A DNA stretch of 64,000 nucleotides from Eledone cirrhosa (Eukaryota), in NCBI GenBank assembly GCA_964016885.1, contig OZ024741.1, positions 248,000,001 to 248,064,000 of the forward strand, in the 5' to 3' direction. Positions 25,610 through 40,156 of the stretch are shown here, piece by piece. The notes under the pieces were generated by a model, which saw nothing but the letters and a program-made list of their open reading frames with translations, searched no databases and was not told the origin of the DNA. Positions within the stretch are counted from its first letter, which is position 1. Every line of letters starts with the position of its first letter. The position numbers and the translations under genes were made by a program.

Positions 25610-28600
25610 AATTATCTCCCCTTGGACGGCTGGAAATTACCTCCCCTTGATTTTTTTACAAATTATCTCCCCCTGATTTTTTTTTACAAATTATCTCCCC
25701 CTGATTTTTGTTTACAAATTATCTCCCCTTGGACGGCTGGAAATTATCTCCCCTTGGACGGCTAGAAATTACCTCTCCTTGGACGGCTGAAAATTATCTC
25801 CCCTTGGACGGCTGGAAATTATCTCCCCTTGATTTTTTTACAAATTATCTCCCCCTGATTTTTTTTTTACAAATTATCTCACCCTGATTTTTTTTACAAA
25901 TTATCTACCCCTGATTTTTTTTTACAAATTATCTCCCCCTGATTTTTTTTACAAATTATCTCCCCCTGATTTTTTTTTTACAAATTATCTCCCCCTGATT
26001 TTTTTACAAATTATCTCCCCCTGATTTTTTTTACAAATTATCTCCGCCTGATTTTTTTAAATATTATCTCTCCTTGGCTGGCGGGAAATTATCTCCCCTT
26101 GGACGGCTGGAAATTATCTCCCCTTGGAAGGATGGAAATTATCTCCCCTTGGACGGCTGGAAATTATCTACCCCTGATTTTTTTTACAAATTATCTCCCC
26201 CTGATTTATTTTACAAATTATCTCCCCCTGATTTTTTTTTTAAAAATTATCTCCCCCTGATTTTTTTACAAATTATCTCCCCCTGATTTTTTTTACAAAT
26301 TATCTCCGCCTGATTTTTTTAAATATTATCTTACCTTGGCTGGCGGGAAATTATCTCCCCTTGGACGGCTGAAAATTATCTCCCCTTGGACGGCTGGAAA
26401 TTATCTCCCCCTGATTTTTTTTACAAATTATCTCCCCCTGATTTTTTTTTTACAAATTATCTCCGCCTGATTTTTTTTTAAAAATTATCTCCCCTTGGAC
26501 GGCTGGAAATTATCTCCCCTTGGACGGCTGGAAATTATCTCCCCTTGGACGGCTAGAAATTATCTCTCCTTGGACGGCTGAAAATTATCTCCCCTTGGAC
26601 GGCTGCAAATTATCTCCCCTTGATTTTTTTTACAAATTATCTCCCCCTGATTTTTTTTACAAATTATCTCCCCCTGATTTTTTTTACAAATTATCTACCC
26701 CTGATTTTTTTTACAAATTATCTCCCCCTGATTTTTTTTTACAAATTATCTCCCTCTGATTTTTTTTTACAAATTATCTCCCCCTGATTTTTTTTTTACA
26801 AATTATCTCCCCCTGATTTTTTTACAAATTATCTCCCCCTGATTTTTTTTACAATCTCCGCCTGATTTTTTTAAAAATTATCTTCCCTTGGCTGGCGGGA
26901 AATTATCTCCCCTTGGACGGCTGGAAATTATCTCCCCTTGGAAGGATGGAAATTATCTCCCCTTGGACGGCTGGAAATTATCTCCCCTTGCACGGCTGGA
27001 AATTATCTCCCCTTGGCTGGAAATTATCTCCCCTTGGACGGCTAGAAATTATCTCTCTTTGGACGGCTGGAAATTATCTCCCTTTGATTTTTTTTACAAA
27101 TTATCTCCCTCTGATTTTTTTTACAAATCTCCCCCTGATTTTTTTAAAAAAATTATCTCCCCTTCGCTGGCTGGAAATTATCTCCCCTTGGACACTGGAA
27201 ATTATAGCCCCTTGGAGGGCTGGAAATTATCTTCTCTTGGACGGCTGGAAATTATCTCCCCTTGATTTTTTTTACAAATTATCTCCGCCTGATTTTTTTT
27301 TTAAATTATCTCTCCTTGGACGGCTGGAAATTATCTCCCCTTGATTTTTTTTACAAATTATCTCCCCCTGATTTTTTTTACAAATTATCTCCCCCTGATT
27401 TTTTTTTACAACTTATCTGCGCCTGATTTTTTTTTAAAAATTATCTCCCCTTGGACGGCTGGAAATTATCTCCCCTTGGACGGCTGGAAATTATCTCTCC
27501 TTGGACGGCTAGAATTTACCTCTCCTTGGACGGCTGAAAATTATCTCCCCTTGGACGGCTGGAAATTACCTCCCCTTGATTTTTTTTACAAATTATCTCC
27601 CCCTGATTTTTTTTTACAAATTATCTCCCCCTGATTTTTGTTTACAAATTATCTCCCCTTGGACGGCTGGAAATTATCTCCCCTTGGACCGCTAGAAATT
27701 ACCTCTCCTTGGACGGCTGAAAATTATCTCCCCTTGAACGGCTGGAAATTATCTCCCCTTGATTTTTTTACAAATTATCTCCCCCTGATTTTTTTTTACA
27801 AATTATCTCACCCTGATTTTTTTTACAAATTATCTACCCCTGATTTTTTTTCACAAATTATCTCCCCCTGATTTTTTTTACAAATTATCTCCCCCTGATT
27901 TTTTTTTTACAAATTATCTCCCCCTGATTTTTTTTACAAATTATCTCCGCCTGATTTTTTTAAATATTATCTCTCCTTGGCTGGCGGGAAATTATCTTCC
28001 CTTGGACGGCTGGAAATTATCTCCCCTTGGAAGGATGGAAATTATCTCCCCTTGGACGGCTGGAAATTATCTACCCCTGATTTTTTTTACAAATTATCTC
28101 CCCCTGATTTATTTTACAAATTATCTCCCCCTGATTTTTTTTTTTAAAATTATCTCCCCCTGATTTTTTTACAAATTATCTCCCCCTGATTTTTTTTACA
28201 AATTATCTCCGCCTGATTTTTTTAAATATTATCTTACCTTGGCTGGCGGGAAATTATCTCCCCTTGGACGGCTGAAAATTATCTCCCCTTGGACGGCTGG
28301 AAATTATCTCCCCTTGATTTTTTTTACAAATTATCTCCCCCTGATTTTTTTTTACAAATTATCTCCGCCTGATTTTTAAAAAAAAATTATCTCCCCTTCG
28401 CTGGCTGGAAATTATCTCCCCTTGGACGCTGGAAATTATAGCCCCTTGGAGGGCTGGAAATTATCTTCCCTTGGACGGCTGGAAATTATCTCCCCTTGAT
28501 TTTTTTTACAAATTATCTCCCCCTGATTTTTTTTTACAAATTATCTCCCCCTGATTTTTTTTTACAAATTATCTCCCCCTGATTTTTTTTTTACAAATTA

Positions 28601-31600
28601 TCTCCGCCTGATTTTTTTAAAAAAATTATCTCCCCTTGGACGGCTGGAAATTATCTCCCTTTGGACGGCTGGAAATTATCTCCCCTTGGACGGCTAGAAA
28701 TTATCTCTCCTTGGACGGCTGAAAATTATCTCCCCTTGGACGGCTGCAAATTATCTCCCCTTGATTTTTTTTACAAATTATCTCCCCCTGATTTTTTTTA
28801 CAAATTATCTCCCCCTGATTTTTTTTACAAATTATCTACCCCTGATTTTTTTTACAAATTATCTCCCCCTGATTTTTTTTTACAAATTATCTCCCTCTGA
28901 TTTTTTTTTACAAATTATCTCCCCCTGATTTTTTTTTTACAAATTATCTCCCCCTGATTTTTTTACAAATTATCTCCCCCTGATTTTTTTTACAATCTCC
29001 GCCTGATTTTTTTAAAAATTATCTTCCCTTGGCTGGCGGGAAATTATCTCCCCTTGGACGGCTGGAAATTATCTCCCTTTGGACGGCTGGAAATTATCTC
29101 CCCTTGGACGGCTAGAAATTATCTCTCCTTGGACGGCTGAAAATTATCTCCCCTTGGACGGCTGCAAATTATCTCCCCTTGATTTTTTTTACAAATTATC
29201 TCCCCCTGATTTTTTTTACAAATTATCTCCCCCTGATTTTTTTTACAAATTATCTACCCCTGATTTTTTTTACAAATTATCTCCCCCTGATTTTTTTTTA
29301 CAAATTATCTCCCTCTGATTTTTTTTTACAAATTATCTCCCCCTGATTTTTTTTTACAAATTATCTCCCCCTGATTTTTTTACAAATTATCTCCCCCTGA
29401 TTTTTTTTACAATCTCCGCCTGATTTTTTTAAAAATTATCTTCCCTTGGCTGGCGGGAAATTATCTCCCCTTGGCTGGCTGGAAATTATCTCCCCTTGGA
29501 GGCTGGAACTTATCTCCCCTTGGACGGCTGGAACTTATCTCCCCTTGGACGGCTAGAAATTACCTCTCCTTGGACGGCTGGAAAATATGTCTCCTTGGAC
29601 GGCTGGAAATTATCTCCCCTTGGACGGCTGGAAATTATCTCCCTTGGACGGCTGGAAATTATCTCCCCTTGGATGGCTAGATATTACCTCCCCTTGGACG
29701 GCTGGAAATTATCTCCCCTTGATTTTTTTTAGAAATTATCTTCCCCTGATTTTTTTTTACAAATTATCTCCCCCTGATTTTTTATTACAAATTATCTCCC
29801 CCTGATTTTTGTTTACAAATTATCTCCGCCTGATTTTTTTTTAAAAATTATCTCCCCTTGGACGGCTGGAAATTATCTCCCCTTGGACGGCTAGAAATTA
29901 CCTCTCCTTGGACGGCTGAAAATTATCTCCACTTGGACGGCTGGAAATTATCTCCCCTTGATTTTTTTACAAATTATCTCCCCCTGATTTTTTTTTACAA
30001 ATTATCTACCCCTGATTTTTTTTTACAAATTATCTACCCCTGATTTTTTTTTACAAATTATCTCCCCCTGATTTTTTTTACAAATTATCTCCCTCTGATT
30101 TTTTTTTTACAAATTATCTCCCCCTGATTTTTTTACAAATTATCTCCCGCTGATTTTTTTTACAAATTATCTCCGCCTGATTTTTTTAAATATTATCTCT
30201 CCTTGGCTGGCGGGAAATTATCTCCCCTTGGACGGCTGGAAATTATCTCCCCTTGGAAGGATGGAAATTATCTCCCCTTGGACGGCTGGAAATTATCTCC
30301 CCTTGGACGGCTGGAAATTACCTCCCCTTGATTTTTTTACAAATTATCTCCCCCTGATTTTTTTTTACAAATTATCTCCCCCTGATTTTTGTTTACAAAT
30401 TATCTCCCCTTGGACGGCTGGAAATTATCTCCCCTTGGACGGCTAGAAATTACCTCTCCTTGGACGGCTGAAAATTATCTCCCCTTGGACGGCTGGAAAT
30501 TATCTCCCCTTGATTTTTTTACAAATTATCTCCCCCTGATTTTTTTTTTACAAATTATCTCACCCTGATTTTTTTTACAAATTATCTACCCCTGATTTTT
30601 TTTTACAAATTATCTCCCCCTGATTTTTTTTACAAATTATCTCCCCCTGATTTTTTTTTTACAAATTATCTCCCCCTGATTTTTTTACAAATTATCTCCC
30701 CCTGATTTTTTTTACAAATTATCTCCGCCTGATTTTTTTAAATATTATCTCTCCTTGGCTGGCGGGAAATTATCTCCCCTTGGACGGCTGGAAATTATCT
30801 CCCCTTGGAAGGATGGAAATTATCTCCCCTTGGACGGCTGGAAATTATCTACCCCTGATTTTTTTTACAAATTATCTCCCCCTGATTTATTTTACAAATT
30901 ATCTCCCCCTGATTTTTTTTTTAAAAATTATCTCCCCCTGATTTTTTTACAAATTATCTCCCCCTGATTTTTTTTACAAATTATCTCCGCCTGATTTTTT
31001 TAAATATTATCTTACCTTGGCTGGCGGGAAATTATCTCCCCTTGGACGGCTGAAAATTATCTCCCCTTGGACGGCTGGAAATTATCTCCCCCTGATTTTT
31101 TTTACAAATTATCTCCCCCTGATTTTTTTTTTACAAATTATCTCCGCCTGATTTTTTTTTAAAAATTATCTCCCCTTGGACGGCTGGAAATTATCTCCCC
31201 TTGGACGGCTGGAAATTATCTCCCCTTGGACGGCTAGAAATTATCTCTCCTTGGACGGCTGAAAATTATCTCCCCTTGGACGGCTGCAAATTATCTCCCC
31301 TTGATTTTTTTTACAAATTATCTCCCCCTGATTTTTTTTACAAATTATCTCCCCCTGATTTTTTTTACAAATTATCTACCCCTGATTTTTTTTACAAATT
31401 ATCTCCCCCTGATTTTTTTTTACAAATTATCTCCCTCTGATTTTTTTTTACAAATTATCTCCCCCTGATTTTTTTTTTACAAATTATCTCCCCCTGATTT
31501 TTTTACAAATTATCTCCCCCTGATTTTTTTTACAATCTCCGCCTGATTTTTTTAAAAATTATCTTCCCTTGGCTGGCGGGAAATTATCTCCCCTTGGACG

Positions 31601-33576
31601 GCTGGAAATTATCTCCCCTTGGAAGGATGGAAATTATCTCCCCTTGGACGGCTGGAAATTATCTCCCCTTGCACGGCTGGAAATTATCTCCCCTTGGCTG
31701 GAAATTATCTCCCCTTGGACGGCTAGAAATTATCTCTCTTTGGACGGCTGGAAATTATCTCCCTTTGATTTTTTTTACAAATTATCTCCCTCTGATTTTT
31801 TTTACAAATCTCCCCCTGATTTTTTTAAAAAAATTATCTCCCCTTCGCTGGCTGGAAATTATCTCCCCTTGGACACTGGAAATTATAGCCCCTTGGAGGG
31901 CTGGAAATTATCTTCTCTTGGACGGCTGGAAATTATCTCCCCTTGATTTTTTTTACAAATTATCTCCGCCTGATTTTTTTTTTAAATTATCTCTCCTTGG
32001 ACGGCTGGAAATTATCTCCCCTTGATTTTTTTTACAAATTATCTCCCCCTGATTTTTTTTACAAATTATCTCCCCCTGATTTTTTTTTACAACTTATCTG
32101 CGCCTGATTTTTTTTTAAAAATTATCTCCCCTTGGACGGCTGGAAATTATCTCCCCTTGGACGGCTGGAAATTATCTCTCCTTGGACGGCTAGAATTTAC
32201 CTCTCCTTGGACGGCTGAAAATTATCTCCCCTTGGACGGCTGGAAATTACCTCCCCTTGATTTTTTTTACAAATTATCTCCCCCTGATTTTTTTTTACAA
32301 ATTATCTCCCCCTGATTTTTGTTTACAAATTATCTCCCCTTGGACGGCTGGAAATTATCTCCCCTTGGACCGCTAGAAATTACCTCTCCTTGGACGGCTG
32401 AAAATTATCTCCCCTTGAACGGCTGGAAATTATCTCCCCTTGATTTTTTTACAAATTATCTCCCCCTGATTTTTTTTTACAAATTATCTCACCCTGATTT
32501 TTTTTACAAATTATCTACCCCTGATTTTTTTTCACAAATTATCTCCCCCTGATTTTTTTTACAAATTATCTCCCCCTGATTTTTTTTTTACAAATTATCT
32601 CCCCCTGATTTTTTTTACAAATTATCTCCGCCTGATTTTTTTAAATATTATCTCTCCTTGGCTGGCGGGAAATTATCTTCCCTTGGACGGCTGGAAATTA
32701 TCTCCCCTTGGAAGGATGGAAATTATCTCCCCTTGGACGGCTGGAAATTATCTACCCCTGATTTTTTTTACAAATTATCTCCCCCTGATTTATTTTACAA
32801 ATTATCTCCCCCTGATTTTTTTTTTTAAAATTATCTCCCCCTGATTTTTTTACAAATTATCTCCCCCTGATTTTTTTTACAAATTATCTCCGCCTGATTT
32901 TTTTAAATATTATCTTACCTTGGCTGGCGGGAAATTATCTCCCCTTGGACGGCTGAAAATTATCTCCCCTTGGACGGCTGGAAATTATCTCCCCTTGATT
33001 TTTTTTACAAATTATCTCCCCCTGATTTTTTTTTACAAATTATCTCCGCCTGATTTTTAAAAAAAAATTATCTCCCCTTCGCTGGCTGGAAATTATCTCC
33101 CCTTGGACGCTGGAAATTATAGCCCCTTGGAGGGCTGGAAATTATCTTCCCTTGGACGGCTGGAAATTATCTCCCCTTGATTTTTTTTACAAATTATCTC
33201 CCCCTGATTTTTTTTTACAAATTATCTCCCCCTGATTTTTTTTTACAAATTATCTCCCCCTGATTTTTTTTTTACAAATTATCTCCGCCTGATTTTTTTA
33301 AAAAAATTATCTCCCCTTGGACGGCTGGAAATTATCTCCCTTTGGACGGCTGGAAATTATCTCCCCTTGGACGGCTAGAAATTATCTCTCCTTGGACGGC
33401 TGAAAATTATCTCCCCTTGGACGGCTGCAAATTATCTCCCCTTGATTTTTTTTACAAATTATCTCCCCCTGATTTTTTTTACAAATTATCTCCCCCTGAT
33501 TTTTTTTACAAATTATCTACCCCTGATTTTTTTTACAAATTATCTCCCCCTGATTTTTTTTTACAAATTATCTCCC
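25610..33576 (+). repeat. Direct duplication of about 3.3 kb (25610-28895 and 30291-33576; offset 4,681), with a third partial copy at about 58350-60240
   Basis: ORF pairs 26074/30755, 26888/31569, 27638/32319 and 28661/33342, plus 27341/58482, 27638/58779 and 28661/59802 (offset 31,141). Shared variants are GGACCGCT, TTCACAAA and GATTTATTTT. Confidence 0.92.
28623..29474 (+). repeat. Local tandem duplication of about 418 bp
   Basis: Identical ORFs at 28661 and 29079. The sequence from 28623 is repeated from 29041. Confidence 0.88.
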
Positions 33577-36214
33577 CCTGATTTTTTTTTTACAAATTAT
33601 CTCCCCCTGATTTTTTTACAAATTATCTCCCCCTGATTTTTTTTACAATCTCCGCCTGATTTTTTTAAAAATTATCTTCCCTTGGCTGGCGGGAAATTAT
33701 CTCCCCTTGGACGGCTGGAAATTATCTCCCCTTGGAAGGATGGAAATTATCTCCCCTTGGACGGCTGGAAATTATCTCCCTTTGATTTTTTTTACAAATT
33801 ATCTCCCTCTGATTTTTTTTACAAATCTCCCCCTGATTTTTTTAAAAAAATTATCTCCCCTTCGCTGGCTGGAAATTATCTCCCCTTGGACACTGGAAAT
33901 TATAGCCCCTTGGAGGGCTGGAAATTATCTTCTCTTGGACGGCTGGAAATTATCTCCCCTTGATTTTTTTTACAAATTATCTCCGCCTGATTTTTTTTTT
34001 AAATTATCTCTCCTTGGACGGCTGGAAATTATCTCCCCTTGATTTTTTAAAAAATTATCTCCCCTTGGAAGGCTGGAAATTATCTCCCCTTGGCTGGAAA
34101 TTATCTCCCCTTGGACGGCTAGAAATTATCTCTCTTTGGACGGCTGGAAATTATCACCCCTTGAGTTTTTTTACAAATTATCTCCCCCTGATTTTTTTTA
34201 CAAATCTCCCAGTGATTTTTTAAAAAAAATTATCTCCCCTTCGCTGGCTGGAAATTATCTCCCCTTGGACGCTGGAAATTATAGCCCCTTGGAGGGCTGG
34301 AAATTATCTTCCCTTGGACGGCTGGAAATTATCTCCCCTTGATTTTTTTTACAAATTATCTCCCCCTGATTTTTTTTACAAATTATCTCCCCCTGATTTT
34401 TTTTTACAACTTATCTGCGCCTGATTTTTTTTAAAAAATTATCTCCCCTTGGACGGCTGGAAATTATCTCCCCTTGGACGGCTGGAAATTATCTCTCCTT
34501 GGACGGCTAGAATTTACCTCTCCTTGGACGGCTGAAAATTATCTCCCCTTGGACGGCTGGAAATTACCTCCCCTTGATTTTTTTTACAAATTATCTCCCC
34601 CTGATTTTTTTTTACAAATTATCTCCCCCTGATTTTTTTTTACAAATTATCTCCCCCTGATTTTTTTTTACAAATTATCTCCCCCTGATTTTTTTTACAA
34701 ATTATCTCCCCTTGGCTGGCTGGAAATTATCTCCCCTTGGAGGCTGGAACTTATCTCCCCTTGGACGGCTGGAACTTATCTCCCCTTGGACGGCTAGAAA
34801 TTACCTCTCCTTGGACGGCTGGAAAATATGTCTCCTTGGACGGCTGGAAATTATCTCCCCTTGGACGGCTGGAAATTATCTCCCTTGGACGGCTGGAAAT
34901 TATCTCCCCTTGGATGGCTAGATATTACCTCCCCTTGGACGGCTGGAAATTATCTCCCCTTGATTTTTTTTAGAAATTATCTCCCCCTGATTTTTTTTTA
35001 CAAATTATCTCCCCCTGATTTTTTATTACAAATTATCTCCCCCTGATTTTTGTTTACAAATTATCTCCGCCTGATTTTTTTTTAAAAATTATCTCCCCTT
35101 GGACGGCTGGAAATTATCTCCCCTTGGACGGCTAGAAATTACCTCTCCTTGGACGGCTGAAAATTATCTCCACTTGGACGGCTGGAAATTATCTCCCCTT
35201 GATTTTTTTACAAATTATCTCCCCCTGATTTTTTTTTACAAATTATCTACCCCTGATTTTTTTTTACAAATTATCTACCCCTGATTTTTTTTTACAAATT
35301 ATCTCCCCCTGATTTTTTTTACAAATTATCTCCCTCTGATTTTTTTTTTACAAATTATCTCCCCCTGATTTTTTTACAAATTATCTCCCCCTGATTTTTT
35401 TTACAAATTATCTCCGCCTGATTTTTTTAAATATTATCTCTCCTTGGCTGGCGGGAAATTATCTCCCCTTGGACGGCTGGAAATTATCTCCCCTTGGAAG
35501 GATGGAAATTATCTCCCCTTGGACGGCTGGAAATTATCTACCCCTGATTTTTTTTACAAATTATCTCCCCCTGATTTTTTTTACAAATTATCTCCCCCTG
35601 ATTTTTTTTTACAAATTATCTACCCCTGATTTTTTTTACAAATTATCTCCCCCTGATTTTTTTTACAAATTATCTCCCCCTGATTTTTTTTTTACAAATT
35701 ATCTCCCCCTGATTTTTTTTCAAATTATCTCCCCCTGATTTTTTTTACAAATTATCTCCCCTTGGAGGCTGGAATTTATCTCCCCTTGGACGGCTAGAAA
35801 TTACCTCTCCTTGGACGGCTGGAAAATATGTCTCCTTGGACGGCTGGATATTATCTCCCCTTGGACGGCTGAAAATTATCTCCCCTTGGACGGCTGGAAA
35901 TTATCTCCCCTTGATTTTTTTTACAAATTATCTCCCCCTGATTTTTTTTTACAAATTATCTCCCCCTGATTTTTTTTACAAATTATCTCCCCCTGATTTT
36001 TTTTTACAAATTATCTGCCGCTGATATTTTTTACAAATTATCTCCCCTTGGAGGCTGGAATTTATCTCCCCTTGGACGGCTAGAAATTACCTCTCCTTGG
36101 ACGGCTGGAAAATATGTCTCCTTGGACAGCTGGATATTATCTCCCCTTGGACGGCTGGAAATTATCTCCCCATGGACGGCTGGAAATTATCTCCCCTTGG
36201 ACGGCTAGAAATTA

Positions 36215-37834
36215 TCTCTCCTTGGACGGCTGAAAATTATCTCCCCTTGGACGGCTGCAAATTATCTCCCCTTGAATTTTTTTATAAATTATCTCCCCCT
36301 GATTTTTTTTACAAATTATCTCCCCCTGATTTTTTTTACAAATTATCTACCCCTGATTTTTTTTACAAATTATCTCCCCCTGATTTTTTTTTACAAATTA
36401 TCTACCTCTGATTTTTTTTTACAAATTATCTCCCCCTGATTTTTTTTTTACAAATTATCTTCCCCTGATTTTTTTACAAATTATCTCCCCCTGATTTTTT
36501 TTACAATCTCCGCCTGATTTTTTTAAAAATTATCTTCCCTTGGCTGGCGGGAAATTATCTCCCCTTGGACGGCTGGAAATTATCTCCCCTTGGAAGGATG
36601 GAAATTATCTCCCCTTGGACGGCTGGAAATTATCTCCCCTTGCACGGCTGGAAATTATCTCCCCTTGGCTGGAAATTATCTCCCCTTGGACGGCTAGAAA
36701 TTATCTCTCTTTGGACGGCTGGAAATTATCACCCCTTGAGTTTTTTACAAATTATCTCCCCCTGATTTTTTTTACAAATCTCCCAGTGATTTTTTAAAAA
36801 AATTATCTCCCCTTGGACGGCTGGAAATTATCTCCCCTTGGACGGCTGGAAATTATCTCGCCTTGGACAGCTAGAATTTACCTCTCCTTGGACGGCTGAA
36901 AATTATCTCCCCTTGGGCGGCTGGAAATTATCTCCCCTTGATTGTTTTTACAAATTATCTCCCCCTGATTTTTTTTACAAATTATCTCCCCCTGATTTTT
37001 TTTTACAAATTATCTGCCGCTGATTTTTTTTACAAATTATCTCCCCTTGGAGGCTGGAATTTATCTCCCCTTGGACGGCTAGAAATTACCTCTCCTTGGA
37101 CGGCTGAAAATTATCTCCCCTTGGACGGTTGCAAATTATCTCCCCTTGATTTTTTTTATAAATTATCTCCCCCTGATTTTTTTTACAAATTATCTCCCCC
37201 TGATTTTTTTTACAAATTATCTACCCCTGATTTTTTTTACAAATTATCTCCCCCTGATTTTTTTTTACAAATTATCTACCTCTGATTTTTTTTTACAAAT
37301 TATCTCCCCCTGATTTTTTTTTTACAAATTATCTTCCCCTGATTTTTTTACAAATTATCTCCCCCTGATTTTTTTTACAATCTCCGCCTGATTTTTTTAA
37401 AAATTATCTTCCCTTGGCTGGCGGGAAATTATCTCCCCTTGGACGGCTGGAAATTATCTCCCCTTGGAAGGATGGAAATTATCTCCCCTTGGACGGCTGG
37501 AAATTATCTCCCCTTGCACGGCTGGAAATTATCTCCCCTTGGCTGGAAATTATCTCCCCTTGGACGGCTAGAAATTATCTCTCTTTGGACGGCTGGAAAT
37601 TATCACCCCTTGAGTTTTTTACAATTTATCTCCCCCTGATTTTTTTTACAAATCTCCCAGTGATTTTTTAAAAAAATTATCTCCCCTTGGACGGCTGGAA
37701 ATTATCTGCCCTTGGACGGCTGGAAATTATCTCGCCTTGGACGGCTAGAATTTACCTCTCCTTGGACGGCTGAAAATTATCTCCCCTTGGACGGCTGGAA
37801 ATTATCTCCCCTTGATTTTTTTTACAAATTATCT
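36215..37834 (+). repeat. Local direct repeat, offset 874 bp (homologous 819-bp offset at 53482/54301 and 62974/63793)
   Basis: ORF pairs 36540/37414 and 36565/37439. Shared variants are TACCTCTG, TTTTATAAA and TGCACGG. Confidence 0.85.
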
Positions 37835-40156
37835 CCCTCTGATTTTTTTTTACAAATTATCTCCCCCTGATTTTTTTTTACAAATTATCTCCCCCTGATT
37901 TTTTTTTACAAATTATCTCCCCCTGATTTTTTTTTACAAATTATCTCCCCCCTGATTTTTTTACAAATTATCTCCCCTTGGCTGGCTGGAAATTATCTCC
38001 CCTTGATTTTTTTTACAAATTATCTCCCCCTGATTTTTTTTTACAAATTATCTCCCCCTGATTTTTTTTTTAAAATTATCTCCCCCTGATTTTTGTTTAC
38101 AAATTATCTCCGCCTGATTTTTTTTTAAAAATTATCTACCCTTGGACGGCTGGAAATTATCTCCCCTTGGACGGCTGGAAATTATATCTCCTTGGACGGC
38201 TAGAATTTACCTCTCCTTGGACGGCTGAAAATTATCTCCCCTTGGACGGCTGGAAATTATCTCCCCTTGATTTTTTTTACAAATTATCTCCCCCTGATTT
38301 TTTTTTACAAATTATCTCCCCCTGATTTTTTTTTACAAATTATCTCCCCCTGATTTTTTTACAAATTATCTCCCCTTGGCTGGCTGGAAATTATCTCCCC
38401 TTGGAGGCTGGAACTTATCTCCCCTTGGACGGCTAGAAATTACCTCTCCTTGGACGGCTGGAAAATATGTCTCCTTGGACGGCTGGATATTATCTCCCCT
38501 TGGACGGCTGGAAATTATCTCCCCTTGGACGGCTGGAAATTATCTCCCCTTGGATGGCTAGATATTACCTCCCCTTGGACGGCTGGAAATTATCTCCCTT
38601 TGATTTTTTTTACAAATTATCTCCCCCTGATTTTTTTTTACAAATTATCTCCCCCTGATTTTTTTTTACAAATTATCTCCCCCTGATTTTTATTTACAAA
38701 TTATCTCCGCCTGATTTTTTTAAAAAAATTATCTCCCCTTGGACGGCTGGAAATTATCTCCCCTTGGACGGCTAGAAATTACCTCTCCTTGGACGGCTGA
38801 AAATTATCTCCCCTTGGACGGCTGGAAATTATCTCCCCTTGATTTTTTTACAAATTATCTCCCCCCGATTTTTTTTTTACAAATTATCTCCCCCTGATTT
38901 TTTTTTACAAATTATCTACCCCTGATTTTTTTTTACAAATTATCTCCCCCTGATTTTTTTTACAAATTATCTCCCCCTGATTTTTTTTTTACAAATTATC
39001 TCCCCCTGATTTTTTTACAAATTATCTCCCCCTGATTTTTTTTACAAATTATCTCCGCCTGATTTTTTTAAATATTATCTCTCCTTGGCTGGCGGGAAAT
39101 TATCTCCCCTTGGACGGCTGGAAATTATCTCCCCTTGGAAGGATGGAAATTATCTCCCCTTGGACGGCTGGAAATTATCTACCCCTGATTTTTTTTACAA
39201 ATTATCTCCCCCTGATTTTTTTTACAAATTATCTCCCCCTGATTTTTTTTACAAATTATCTACCCCTGATTTTTTTTACAAATTATCTCCCCCTGATTTT
39301 TTTTACAAATTATCTCCCCCTGATTTTTTTTTTACAAATTATCTCCCCCTGATTTTTTTACAAATTATCTCCCCCTGATTTTTTTTACAAATTACCTCCG
39401 CCTGATTTTTTTAATTATTATCTTCCCTTGGCTGGCGGGAAATTATCTCCCCTTGGACGGCTGAAAATTATCTCCCCTTGGACGGCTGGAAATTATCTCC
39501 CCTTGATTTTTTTACAAATTATCTCCCCCTGATTTTTTTTTTACAAATTATCTCACCCTGATTTTTTTTACAAATTATCTACCCCTGATTTTTTTTTACA
39601 AATTATCTCCCCCTGATTTTTTTTAAAAATTATCTCCCTCTGATTTTTTTTTTACAAATTATCTCCCCCTGATTTTTTTACAAATTATCTCCCCCTGATT
39701 TTTTTTACAAATTATCTCCGCCTGATTTTTTTAAATATTATCTCTCCTTGTCTGGCGGGAAATTATCTCCCCTTGGACGGCTGGAAATTATCTCCCTTTG
39801 GAAGGATGGAAATTATCTCCCCTTGGACGGCTGGAAATTATCTCCCCTTGATTTTTTTTACAAATTATCTCCCCCTGATTTTTTTTTACAAATTATCTCC
39901 GCCTGATTTTTAAAAAAAAATTATCTCCCCTTCGCTGGCTGGAAATTATCTCCCCTTGGACGCTGGAAATTATAGCCCCTTGGAGGGCTGGAAATTATCT
40001 TCCCTTGGACGGCTGTAAATTATCTCCCCTTTATTTTTTTTACAAATTATCTCCCCCTGATTTTTTTTTACAAATTATCTCCCCCTGATTTTTTTTTACA
40101 AATTATCTCCCCCTGATTTTTTTTTTACAAATTATCTCCGCCTGATTTTTAAAAAA

